DNA of 64,000 bases from Mobula hypostoma (taxonomy: Eukaryota): contig NC_086109.1 in assembly GCF_963921235.1 (NCBI RefSeq), positions 20,586,001-20,650,000 of the forward strand, written 5' to 3'. The first letter of the stretch is position 1; every line of letters begins with the position of its first letter. The position numbers and the translations under genes were made by a program. A model generated the notes under the pieces. The model was not told the origin of the DNA. It ran no database searches and worked only from the letters and a program-made list of their open reading frames with translations. Of the stretch, positions 1 through 11,739 are shown piece after piece.

Positions 1-525
1 AAATCACTGACATATAACATGAAAAGAAGCGGTCCCAACACCGACCCCTGCAGAACATCACTGGTCACAGGCAGCCAACCAGAAAAGGCCTACTTTATTC
101 CAAGTCTTTGCCTGCTGCCAGTCAGCCAATCTTCTATCCATGCTAGTATCTTTCCTGTAATGCCACAGGCTCCTATCTTGTTAAGCAGCCTCATGTGCGG
201 CACCTTGTCAAGGTCCTTTTGAAAATCCAAATAAATAACATCCACTGACTCTCTTTTGTCTATTCAACAGAACTGTCAGGGAAAATTTCCCCTTAAGGAA
301 ACCATGCTGACTTTGGCCTATTTAAAATGCGTCTCCAAGTACCCTGAAGCCGCATCCTTAATAAGACTCCAATATCTTTCTGTCCACTGAAATCGGGTCA
401 ACTGGTCTGTAATTTGCTTTCTTCTGCCTCCCTGCCTTAGCAAGTGGAGTGACATTTGCAATTTTCCAGTCCCCAAGAATCATTCCCGAATCTAGTGATT
501 CTTGAAAGATCATTACTATTGCCAC
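1..525 (-). mobile_element. CR1 LINE ORF2/RT fragment (degenerate)
   Basis: ORF 358..585 has DWKIANVTPL...NYRPV; the reverse complement of 27-70 gives a GVxQGSVLGP-like motif. Confidence 0.85.
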
Positions 526-717
526 CACAATCAGAGGGTGGTGAGAGTGTGAAATGAGTTTCCAGCACAGGTTCAATTTCAACATTGATGAGAAACCTGG
601 ATAGGTACATAGATGGGAGGGTTACGGAGGGCTATGGACTGAGTACAGGTTGATAGGACTAGATGGGCTGAAGGACCTGGTTCAGTGTTCTATGACTTTA
701 TGACTAAATTCATTATG

Positions 718-1204
718 CACTCAGTGGCCACTTTATTAGGTACACCAGTACATCTGCTTATTAATGCAAATATCTAATCAGCCAATCATATGACAGTAAC
801 TCAATGCTTGAAAGCATGCAAACGAGGTCAAGGAGTTTAGTTAGGGGGAGAAAGTGTGATCTAAGTGACTGATCATGGAATGACTGTTGGTGCCAGACAG
901 GGTGGTTTGAGCACTTATAGAGTTTACAAAGAGTGGTGTGAGAAACAAAAAACACATCCAGTGAGTGGCTGTTCTGTGAGCAAAAACGACTTATTATTGA
1001 GAGAGGTCAGAGGAAAATGGCCAGACTGGTTCACGTGTTGAAGCTATCAGGAAGGAGACAGTAACTCAAATGACCACGCTAACAACAGTGGTGTGCAGAA
1101 GAGCATCTCTGAACATACAACACATCAAACTTTCAAGTGGATGGGCTTCAGCAACAGAAGAGACAGTGTTCCAGTCCTGTACCTAATAAAGTGGCCACTG
1201 AGGT
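718..1204 (+). mobile_element. Non-autonomous Tc1-derived element (~490 bp)
   Basis: TIRs cactcagtggccactttattaggtaca / tgtacctaataaagtggccactgag; related copies at 23145, 37601 and 46163. Confidence 0.85.
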
Positions 1205-2030
1205 TATACTACAGTAATTATCCAACTGTAATGGGATTCATACTTAAAATAAACAGATGGCCTTACTTAAACCTGTTCACGTGCTGGTACACTAACTTAC
1301 CAGCCCTATCACAGTTGTTTCATCCAAAGCATTCTTTTGTACTGAAATATGTACTTATATTTAACAGAACTTAACTGTTAATGGCACAGAGCAAAGGAGG
1401 CCATTGTTTTCCCATTAATCACAGAAGGCCTTGACCTAAAGAGTGCAGGGACAAACCAATTATTCTATGCTGCATTATGTGCGGTAATGTCATTCCACAA
1501 AACACGCTCGCAAAAGGCAGTGGGAGTTTACATGATTCTGGTTCCCTGCTCCCGACACTGCTCTGGTTAGTTTCACACTGGCTAACTAGTGGAGTCAGCA
1601 CATTCTAGAAACTTCTCTTCCTCTTCACCCACCCTCCCACCCCCTCTGGATTGCAGGACTCAGCTATTAACCACCGCTGCCACCCTGCTCTTAATACTCC
1701 TTGTGAAGACAGAAGATTTATTAGAGAATTACCCAGAGCCACACATACATTGACCCTCTGTTTTATTTCACACTGCGATTCATATTACAACATACGCTGA
1801 ACATTGCTAAAATATTGGCATCTATACTAAATGTAAACTCAATGGTATCTTGCCGTTAATACTGTGAGATGCTGGCTACTGCTTTAATGTATAAAGCAGT
1901 ACCTTAATTGATTTTTCTTTGCTAACAATCCACATCAAACTCTCAGCAAGCTCCAGAATGGCAGCCCATGCCAGTTCCATGTATACATTCTTACCCATGT
2001 ATACACTTCCATGACTGAGTCGTATATGAG

Positions 2031-2075
2031 TTAACTGGCTATACCCAGCAACACAAAACAATCCACCCTGACCCA
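2031..2075 (-). CDS. Candidate terminal coding exon of the ST7-family gene (WVRVDCFVLLGIAS*)
   Basis: Strong acceptor tttttgtattttattcttacag; phase 0 fits the upstream exon; AATAAA on the minus strand at 1767-1762 and 1722-1717; lies in apparently repeat-free sequence. No recognisable protein homology. Confidence 0.3.
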   Translation of the reverse strand, partial: WVRVDCFVLLGIAS

Positions 2076-2540
2076 CTGTAAGAATAAAATACAAAAATGA
2101 GTAATTTCACAACCAAAAAATCATAAAGCAGCTTTGTAACCACATCATATCTAGATGTGAATGGTAGTAGACAATTAAATACATGTTACAGGGTTTATTC
2201 CTATTTTCCAATATATTCCCATGTTCCGATATATTTCCATCTTTAAGATGCCAAACCACCTCTTAAACATGCTTTCTTTCCCAAGATCACTGCTTACCCA
2301 AAAGCATTTTCTCCAGCCTAACCCTTCAATTTTCTTATTGAAATCAATCAATCCTAGTTAATTTACTCATAGCAGAGCACCTGGGACAGAGAGTTCCAAA
2401 GGTCCAAAAATCTGAAGGGTCTTCTTTCTATTTCTGAACCATTTAGCCTGAGACTGTAGCACCCTGGTTCTATGCTGCACAGATACAGCAAGATACCCCT
2501 TTACGACTATTCTAGGCAGAAAGTGAATTTTTTAAAAAAA

Positions 2541-2758
2541 TTCAGATACAGTGCAGAAAAGGCCCTTCCAGCCCTTCGAGCCACACTGCCCAGCAATCCC
2601 CGATTTAATCTGAGCCCAATCACGGGACAATTTACAGTGGCCAATTAATCTGCCTTTGTACTGTAGGAGGAAATTGGAGCACCTGGAAGAAACCCACGCA
2701 ATCACAACGAGAATGTACAAACTCCTTACAGGCAGCAGTGGGAATTGAACCCAGGTCT
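2541..2758 (-). mobile_element. V-domain tRNA-derived SINE (HE1-like) with CR1-type tail
   Basis: Reverse-complement V-core (ggaaa..ggagcacctggaagaaacccacgca..cac..gagaatgtacaaactcc) and box B (ggaattgaaccc). Confidence 0.75.
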
Positions 2759-2973
2759 ATGGAATTACAGGAAAATCTAATAATTAAAGTAATGAACAAG
2801 CAATTCAACCTGATAATGACCCTAGGAAGTGTGACCAATAGAGCCATACTTTATAAATTAAAGCAAAGCTTATTACAAAGCAGTAGCCAACATCTCACAG
2901 TATTAAACAGCAAGAAGGCATCAGTGAGTTTACATTTAGTGTGGATGAAGCAGTCAATATTTTGGCAATCCGT

Positions 2974-3122
2974 AAACACAAGAAATTCTGCATACGCTGA
3001 AAATCTTGAGCAACACACACAAAGTGTTGGAGGAACTCAGCAACTCTGGCAACATCTGTGGGAGTTATTCCCCTCAATGGATGCTACATGACTTACTGAG
3101 TTCCTCCAGCATTTTGTGTGTG
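2974..3122. mobile_element. Short inverted-arm Penelope-like 3'-end remnant
   Basis: cacacaaagtgttggaggaactcag ... ctgagttcctccagcattttgtgtg form an inverted pair related to the other PLE ends in the window. Confidence 0.7.
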
Positions 3123-3749
3123 AGACTCAAATTTTGATCAATATTCAGTGCATGTTGTAAAGTGCTTTACAGAGTGAAATAAAACAGAGGGCCAATGCAC
3201 GTGTGGCTTTTGGTAATTCTATAATATGATGGGGAGACTTGGGAGATGGAAACTGAAACATCTAGATTAGGAAATGATTTTCAATCTAATACCAGAATTC
3301 TTTGCAAGATGTGGAGTGAAAACTCATGAGTTAAAAACAAGAGATTCTGCAAATGCTCAAGAATCTTGAGCAACACACACAAATGTTGGATGAACTCAGC
3401 AAGTCATGCAGCATCTACAGAGGACAATAATTAGTCTACATTTCAAGCCAAGACCCTTCATCAGGTCCAGGTCAGTCGAAATGTCGACTATTTATTCTGC
3501 TCTATCGATACTGCCTGACTTTAAAGCTCAAAGTAAATTTATTATCAAGGTACGTATATGTTACCATATACTACCTTCAGATTCATTTTCCTTGTAGGCA
3601 TTCACCGTAGAACAAAAAGACAATAGAATCAATGAAAATGCAGGAGAAACTTAGCGAACTTTAGTGTATCTCACCTCAGCCTTGAACTGATCACTGTACA
3701 CAACCTATGGCTCTATAACTCATGTTCTCAGTATTACATATTTACTTAC

Positions 3750-4070
3750 CATCATCATTATGTGCCACATTTTATGACGTGGGCAATCATAGTCCATGAC
3801 CATGACTGCTGTTAGCAAATTTTTTTACAGAAGTGGTTTGCCATTGCCTTCTTCTGGGCGGTGTCTTTTTAAGACGGTGACTCCAGCCATTATCAAGACC
3901 CTTCAGAGATTGTCTGCCTGGCGTCAATGGTTGCATAACCTGGACCGATGATATGCACCGGCTGCTTGTACAACCATCCGTTACCTGCTCCCATGGGTGA
4001 CCTGCAGGCTAGCAGAGGGAAGCAGCGCCTTACACCTCCTTTGGTGGAGACGCATCTCCACCCTGCCACC
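3750..4070 (-). mobile_element. RTE-related SINE (Bov-A/Sauria-like motif)
   Basis: Contains gaagtggtttgccattgccttct (reverse complement of the AGAAGGCAATGGCAAACCACTTC RTE motif); (atc)n tail; second copy at 41807-42120. Confidence 0.6.
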
Positions 4071-4519
4071 CAAATTTACTTATGTATTTATTATTGTGTT
4101 TTTTGTATTTGCAGTGTCTGGCTTCTTTTGCACATCAGTTGCTTGTCTGTCTTTGTAGTTTTTCATTGATTCTGCTGTATCAATATACTTTGTGTTAAGT
4201 TTAATTTTGATAAATAGCTGGGACAACACCAAGAGTGCAACGGCCTCTTCTTTTTCAGAAATTACAGAAGTCAAAATATTACCTTTACTTTTCCCTTTCA
4301 GATGCCGGTAATCTCCTGTTAGTTTAGTGCAAGGGTTCCCAAACTTTATGCCTTGGGCCAATACCATTAAGCAGGGGTCCATGGACCCCTGGTTTAGTGA
4401 TTCAAATTTCCTATACGATTTCAGCTGCCTGTTTTCCATGTCTTACTTCAGAAAATATGGTATGCTCACAAGCAAGACGTTAAGGATAAACAGCTGGAAG
4501 CTCAGATAGGAGTACTTAC

Positions 4520-4659
4520 AGCTTTAGCAAAGACCCCCATAAGTTCTGGAAACTGGTGCGTGAGAAGTGCCAACATGGCAGTGAATGAACACAGCCCGGC
4601 TGTGAACAGGATGAAGAACGGGAGCTCCTTCTTTGGATACACTGAAACTTCGTGGAAAG
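4520..4659 (-). CDS. st7l: ST7-family coding exon, 140 nt: (S)[46 protein letters not shown] (C-terminal hydrophobic segment)
   Basis: Within ORF 4502..4696; ctcctcag|CT ... AAAGCT|gtaagt. Confidence 0.96.
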
Positions 4660-5469
4660 CTGAGGAGATGGAAGCAAAGCAAAAACAGTAATTCATTTAA
4701 AAAATGCATTTCAATTTGCTTCTTTGACTAACGTATTCTCTTTATAAACAAAGACATCTGGCCATAGGGCTGAGTTACATTAAGAAGGCTCATTTATTGC
4801 CCATTTCTAGTGAAACCTAAGGGTGGAACGTCTCAGAATCAGATTTATTATCACTAATTTATATAATGTGCAATGTGTTTCCCGCAGGAGGACAGTGAAG
4901 TCACCCCAAATTAATTAAGTTGCAAAAATAAATAAAAAGTTCAAAAAGGATGAATGAGGTAATGTTCATGGACTGGAAATCTGATGGCAGAGGGATGAAG
5001 TGTTTCTGAATCAATGAGTGGGGGCTTTCAAGTTCTTGCATTTCCTCATTGAACTAGTTTAGTCCTTGGGATGATGACTAGCAAGTACAACTCACCAACA
5101 AACAAATATAAAATTATTTCAGCTTACAACTACTGCTTTCTGTGGAGGAGAGACCCATTCTTCCATCCATTATGCCTGGAATAGGGCTCCTCAATGGCCT
5201 ATTTCTGGTCTAATGTCCTTTAGACTTGAAAAACTATTACCCTTCAAAATGTAAGTATAAAATCGCAGTCAAACAAATACTTATCCTCTTATATTCCAAA
5301 GAATACAGGCTGAGCTCATGCAATTTCTGTTCATAACCTAACCCTGGGAGCTTTGGTAACATGCTGTAAATCTACAATGTCCTTTTTCCAAGGCCAATTA
5401 ATCCTTTTAGAACCATACACAATATTCCAGATGTACTTAGGACTTTACAAAATGGTAACAAAACCTCAT

Positions 5470-6655
5470 GCAGCAACTCACAAATGCTGGAGGAACTCAG
5501 GAAGTTAGGCAGCATTAATGGAGGGAAATGAGTTGTCAGTGTTTTGGGCTGACACCCTCCATCAGGACCGAAAGAAAGAGGATAGAAGCATGGATGAAGT
5601 GGTAGGGAGAGGGGGGAGAGTGAGGAGCATGCACAGGCAGGGGAGGGGGTACAATTACCGGAATTCTGTTGAGAGGGTTTGGTAGATAGGTGGAGTGGGG
5701 GTGGAATGGGAAGGATGTGAGAAGCTCAGATATAATAAAGGGCTGAAGAAGATGCAATCTGACTGAAGACAGTGGAACGCAGAATAAAGGAAAGGAAGTG
5801 GGGAACCAGTTAGAGATAGGTATAGTGATGTGCAGGTTGTGAGGCTCCTGTACTTTATTTACTAATCCTCTAGTTATAAAGGCTAACACTCTATCACCAT
5901 TATTCATTAATTTGTATGCACAGTCACTAATAAAGGATATTGGTGGCCTAGATTATTTGTCAGCCACTTGCAAAGTAATACACACAAAATGCTGGAGGAA
6001 CTCAGCAGGCCAGGCTGTATCTATGGAAAAGAGCAAACGATTGACTTTGAGCTGAGACCCTTCATCAGAACTGGAAAGGAAGGGGAGAGGTCAGAGTTCA
6101 CAAGTGGGGCTGGGAGGGGAGGAGAGGAAGTAGTACAAGGTGGCAGGTGATGGCTGAAACCAGGAGAAGGGGAGGGGGATAAAGAGTTGGAAAGTTGCCT
6201 AGTGAAAGAGATAAAGCGCTGGAGAAGGTGTGGGGGGGGGGGAGAAGAAATCGGATAGGAGAGGACAAAAGACCGTGGAAGGAAGGAAAGGGGCGGAGCA
6301 CCAGAGGGAGAAGGTGGGAGGGTAAGGATATAAGGTGAGAAGAAAACAGGAATGGGGAACGGTGAAGGGAGGGGGTACAATTATCAGAAGTTCGAGTAGT
6401 CAATGTTCATGCCGTCAGGTTGGAGGCTACCCAGATGGAATATAAGGTGTTGGACCTCCAACCAGAGTGTGGCCTCAAAGAAGTAGAGGAAGCCATGGAC
6501 TGCCATGTCGGAATTGGAATGGGAAATAAAATTAAAATGGGTGGCCACCAGGAGATCCCACTTTTTGCAGCAAAGGGAATGAAGGTGCTCGGCCACCCAT
6601 TTCAATTCTACTTCCCATTCCCATTCTGACATGTCAGTCCATGTCCTCCATGCAC
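5470..6655 (-). mobile_element. Two Penelope-like 3' fragments (about 5470-5830 and 5970-6655)
   Basis: Similar to 29769-30400; C-terminal motif EVQHLIFHLGSLQPDGMNID in ORF 6384..6695; 6590-6655 is an inverted piece. Confidence 0.8.
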
Positions 6656-6721
6656 TAATCCTACAATAATCCGGTTTTGTTTTCATTCTTCCCACATTTT
6701 TTCAACTCTTGCCCACATATT

Positions 6722-6891
6722 AGGGGCGATTTATAGCAGCCAATTAACCTACTAACCAGCACATCTTTGGGATGTGGGAGGAAACTCGAGCACCTGGAGG
6801 AAACCCATGTGGTCACAGAGAGAGCGTGCAAACCCCTACAGATCAGAATTGAACAAAGGTCGCTGTTGCAGTGAGGCAGCAACCCCACTAG
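6722..6891 (-). mobile_element. V-domain SINE
   Basis: V-core tgtgggaggaaactcgagcacctggaggaaacccatgtggtcacag. Confidence 0.75.
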
Positions 6892-7852
6892 CTCTAAATC
6901 AGATCACTGTACTAAATTTTCTGCCATAAATCATTTCTCAATGCAAGCACAAAACAATTCCTGGTGTGAGCCGCAGTCATGTTCTGGTTTGCGGTACTAC
7001 CATATCATAATCAGAATCTCCCTGTAGATTGCTATGATGGGAACACAATCAAATAGGAACAAATTGTTTCCATTCCTTTACCCTCTAAACAATATGCCAC
7101 ACACACCTGAAATGTTGACCTGAATCTTATCTTCCAGATGCCAATGAACTGATTATTTATGTCCAAGACTATTGGATTTCTTTTGACTCCTTAATTTTTC
7201 TTGATTGCATGAAAGTATCGTCTCATAATCACTGATAAAATTATAAATTACCTTCAAACCATTTTTCTTTTCCATTTCTGGTTCAGGTATTTTCAGAGAA
7301 AAACTGAATATAATAGTGGGACATAATTTCAAAGTCCACAATCAGGTTTAATTGTTCTAACTGCTTTCTGGCAAGTAGATCTGTGGGGCAGGAAGATTGC
7401 ACCTGGGAGCTGGGTGAAAGAGACGGTGAGGGAATGATAGGGTGTGATGTAGATCACATGTCTGATAGACTGGGGCAGGACAGAGGGTAAGGGCAAAGCC
7501 TGGAGAAATAAATTGGTATGTGATAGTTTGGTCCAAATGAGGAAGAGTCATACAATTCAAACTGAGGGTGCAGAGGGAAGGAAGGGATGATCTTGTGTGT
7601 TTTGGGGAATGGGACTGTAGTCATTCAATTTAATATGCAGCAACAAATATTAAAATATTTAAATCAGAAATCTAGCTTAAATTTTGAAACCTCCTCAACA
7701 CATGCTTTATTGTTTGAGCCTCTTTACTTTCACTGGCTTGTGTTCTCTTTTCCCCCTCCCCCCATCCTTTCTTTTTTGACACCTTTCTGGAGCCAAGTTA
7801 AACAATGAGCAACAAAGTGACTGTCTAGATCCTTGACGGAAGTAGGCTACTT

Positions 7853-8136
7853 AGGCTATGTCTACGCTACACCGGATAATTTTGAAAACGCCGGTTTCGA
7901 GTAAAAACGATAAGCGTCCACACTAAGCATTTTTCAATATATCTCTGTTTACACTAACACGGATATTTGGGCGAATCTCCTCGACTGGGCAAGCGCAGGA
8001 CACGCACAGAAAGCAAGCAAAGAGGAAACGATATACTTGGTGCGCGTTTGTCCAGCTACAGAGTAGAAAAACTTAAAAGGAATTGCTCTTGGCTCTCGTG
8101 CAGGAGGACTTAAAACTAAAAAAAAAACAAATACTG
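7853..8136 (+). mobile_element. Left end of a probable PIF/Harbinger-type DNA transposon, truncated
   Basis: tta|ggctatgtctacgctacaccggataattttgaaaacg terminus with repeated (g)tccacact-like subterminal motifs; CpG-rich; no right TIR seen. Confidence 0.55.
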
Positions 8137-10629
8137 GAAGGGTCTCGGCCCAAAACGTCAACTGTACCTCTTCCTAGAGATGCTGCCTGGCCTGCTGCGT
8201 TCACCAGCAACTTTTATGTGTGTTGCAAAAAACACAGCAACCCAAGATTACTTAATTTTCAGATCATCAAGGTTTCTGACAGATAGTCTTAATGGGAGAG
8301 CATAAACCATAGTGTGTATGAACTACTAGATGTTTCCTACCTTACTGCACTAACTTAAGATGTTCAATGGCAGTAAAGACTTGATGTGATATATAGATGC
8401 AGGTTACTTCTCTTACAGTTCAAGGCTGGTGTGTTAATAATTGACCATAGTAATCAATATTGAAGATGAATGTAAAATGTTGAGACCCACAACACCATAT
8501 CACATAGTACCAACCCAGGAAGGCTTAGGTATATTATTATTAAATTAAAAAAATAAAAACAATGTCCATTGGAATTTAACTAGGGATGTGTGGGGCAATA
8601 CTAAATAAGAAGAATAAGAACAACAGGAGCCATTACAGGAATAGTGAAGCAGAGACTTCAGATTGAGATCCATGAATTTTTTTTAAAGTATGTTGAGCTG
8701 ATTGAGTTGTAAACATAAATCAAGTTGGCTCTAGCATTTTTATTAAAACGTATAAAGGACAGAGGTGAGGTGTTTTGGTTATTAGGCGAGACCAGAGAAA
8801 CTGGGCCACCATTCTTCCTTGCAGGAAGAATAAAGAGGTGATCAACTATAAATTTTCAGAATTATGGGGAGTTTAATAAGTAAGATTAAAAAATAAACTC
8901 CCTGTACCTGTCAACAACAATAAAGTGAACAGAAAACTTATTTTTTGGGGTATATAAACCTAGACCTAAGACAATGGAAATGTTTAAATAGGAATGGGGG
9001 ATAAAATGCAGCTAAGGAAATAATTCTTTCATTAAGCTAGCATAGGCACAAGAGCCAGTGCTTATACAGTGCTGCAAGCTAAAGTATTGTGAGCTATGGT
9101 GATGAGGTAGTGGTCTATATTAAACAGGAAAGGACATCATGAGGCATTTATACACCTCTCCCTAATGAGAAAAATGTATCTGAACTACTGGCCTGCATTT
9201 CATTTTCAGTGGTTAAAATGGCTACACATTCAAGGAAAATAAATGACAGAAAGATCAACATTGTTTTCTTTTACATATTTGTCTATGGTTGCATTTTTTA
9301 AAATGTAGGTGTTTTAGAAACGGGGACAGTGGTGTAGGGCACCACAATTTACTTTTCAAGAAATAAATCTTCTTTTAGCCATCATGGTTAGAATGTGGAT
9401 ATCTATGACATGTAACAAAGATGAGTTTAAGGGGAAACAATGAAAGTGTAAAAGAGCGAAAGGAAAAGATGTGGTGAGGCAGTGAGATGAAGCTTTTTGA
9501 GAGGAGGAACTTTTGAAACAAGAATCAAAGGAGTCAAATGGCCACTTTCTGAGCATTGAATTATACATCAGTTGATGATGGTGTTTTTGTCTGGTATGAA
9601 GAAGTTCATAAGCATTTTCTAGTGAATCTCAAGATACTGCTGCTGCATTTTCATTCTCGATCAGTAAGCCGATTCCAAAAATATTCTTTCTAAGCACTGA
9701 GATTAAATTCTTAATCAAGTGACCGTATGACTCAATGTCTCAGAAAGGAATTCATTTTTTGCCAGCCAGTCACTATTTCAAAATAAAAAATACAGCTTCC
9801 CAACATGTTTTTTGTAGATGGCTCTGAAAGTCATCCTCAGATACACACACACACTCAGCCACAGTATACAAGCAGCAAGAGCTGAGCAACTGTTTGAATA
9901 AAAACAAATATAACCTTTGAACACCGAGGCTATAGCAAATACAATGTATGGTTAATACAGAAAGTACCCCCGATCTTTCCTATAGTGTGTACCTGTGCCC
10001 TGAAGCATTTCCTTTACAAACTGAAGCACAGCACCCAGCTCCGGGACTGATAAGGCACAGTTTTTAAGCTTCATAATAATACATTAAGCATTTAAAATAA
10101 CCTGGGTTTTACAAAGGCACCCCCCACCCTGAATTCTACCTCACTCATTCAGCGATTAAAATGTTCACTTAGCTGAGCACAATTTTACATTCAACAGTAA
10201 AACCAAAAACCTTTTTACTGCTGCAGTATGCCAAGAATTTTCAACATGAATTGTCTCAAACATTTTTTTTACTTAATTACTAAAGAAAAATTCAAAGCTA
10301 AAGCTTTAGATATTATCGTGGAAACTGCATTTATCAGTCATTTCTTCCGAACTTGATAAACTTTAACTTTAACTGTGTCCTTTCATGCGGGACAATCCAG
10401 AACTAGGGAGAAGTGGACCAGAAGCCAAGAGAGAGGGGAAAAGTAAAGGTGTGCAATCAAAAGCAAGGTTGAATTCTGAGGAGATGTAAAAGTGGGGGAA
10501 ATTAGGATGGACTTGGGGGCACATTGTTTAAAAGAGCAATGTGCTAGCAGTGTGCACTGGAGTTGAGGAATGAAGATGTAATTCTAAAATAGATGCTGGA
10601 ACAAAGACACCTGGTGATATATGTACAAA

Positions 10630-10690
10630 CAGTACTGTGCAAAAGTCTAAAGCACATGTATATACTGCCCAAGACTTTTGCACAGTACTA
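10630..10690. mobile_element. ~60-bp Tc1/mariner-type MITE
   Basis: cagtactgtgcaaaagtct ... agacttttgcacagtact inverted termini. Confidence 0.8.
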
Positions 10691-11094
10691 TAGTAATTGC
10701 CTGTATTGCACTGTACTGTTGCTGCAAAAAAATCATGACATATGTGAGTGATGATAAACCCAAATTCTGATATGGGTTTCTATTGTGAACTGAAAGTGGG
10801 AAAGAGGCAGAGAGAGGGGAATTCTGGTTGGGAAAAGGGGAAGGGAGAGGGGAGGGAACGTGAAGCGCCAGAGATATATTCAGTAATGACCACTAAACCA
10901 AAGTTTGGAATCAAATGACTTGCTTGGTACCTCAGGGCTGGGTGTGTCTGCACCAGCACCACCCCCTTGCTCCTGACACTCCTTCTCTGCCACCTGTCCC
11001 ACTACCCTCCCACAGCGCTCCAGCCTCGCCATTCCCAACATCCTTTGCTCCAGCCAGATTTATAAACGCATTTTCCACTCCACATTGACAAGTA

Positions 11095-11161
11095 CAGTAC
11101 TGTTCAGAAGTCTTAGGCACCCGAGCAATATATATGTGCCTAAGACCTTTGCACAGTACTG
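11095..11161. mobile_element. 67-bp Tc1/mariner-type MITE with TA target duplication
   Basis: ta|cagtactgttcagaagtcttaggcac ... gtgcctaagacctttgcacagtactg|ta. Confidence 0.85.
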
Positions 11162-11240
11162 TACTTTGTTGTATATGGGTTTTGAAGGGTATTACAAAAG
11201 TATGTGGGATCTAGGCTAAATGTATAAAGTAAAAGACCTA

Positions 11241-11546
11241 GAGTCATAGAGCACTGAACTAGGCTCTTTGGCCCATCAAGTTTATGCTATCATCCAACAC
11301 CCATTCAAAATATTCTACATTCATCCTAGTTTTTATTGTCGCCACATTCTCATCACCTCCCCTTAGATCCTACCACTAACCTACACACCAGCGGCAATTT
11401 AATATTGCCCAATTAACTTATCAAACCACACATCTTTAGATGTGCAAGGAAACCAAAATGGTCACAGGGAGAATGTGCAAATTCCGCAGTCAGCACCCAG
11501 CGTCAAGATTGAACCTGGATTTCTGGCTTTGTGGGGCATTCACTGA
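11241..11546 (-). mobile_element. V-domain SINE (degenerate)
   Basis: ggcaatttaatattgcccaattaac, ggtcacagggagaatgtgcaaattcc and gattgaacctgg match the other copies. Confidence 0.65.
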
Positions 11547-11739
11547 GACGTCCACTTTGTAGCAAATCAAGAAATAGGGATTTAAGACAAACAGGAGTTT
11601 TTTTTTTAATGTTAGAAAACTCTTCCTCAACACTACAGGTAGACACAGTCAATACTTATCAAAGAACTACCAAAGGTAGATTGCAATGCAGGGTTAAGAT
11701 TAAAGTCAGATTATCATATTAAATGGAAGAGCAGAAAGT

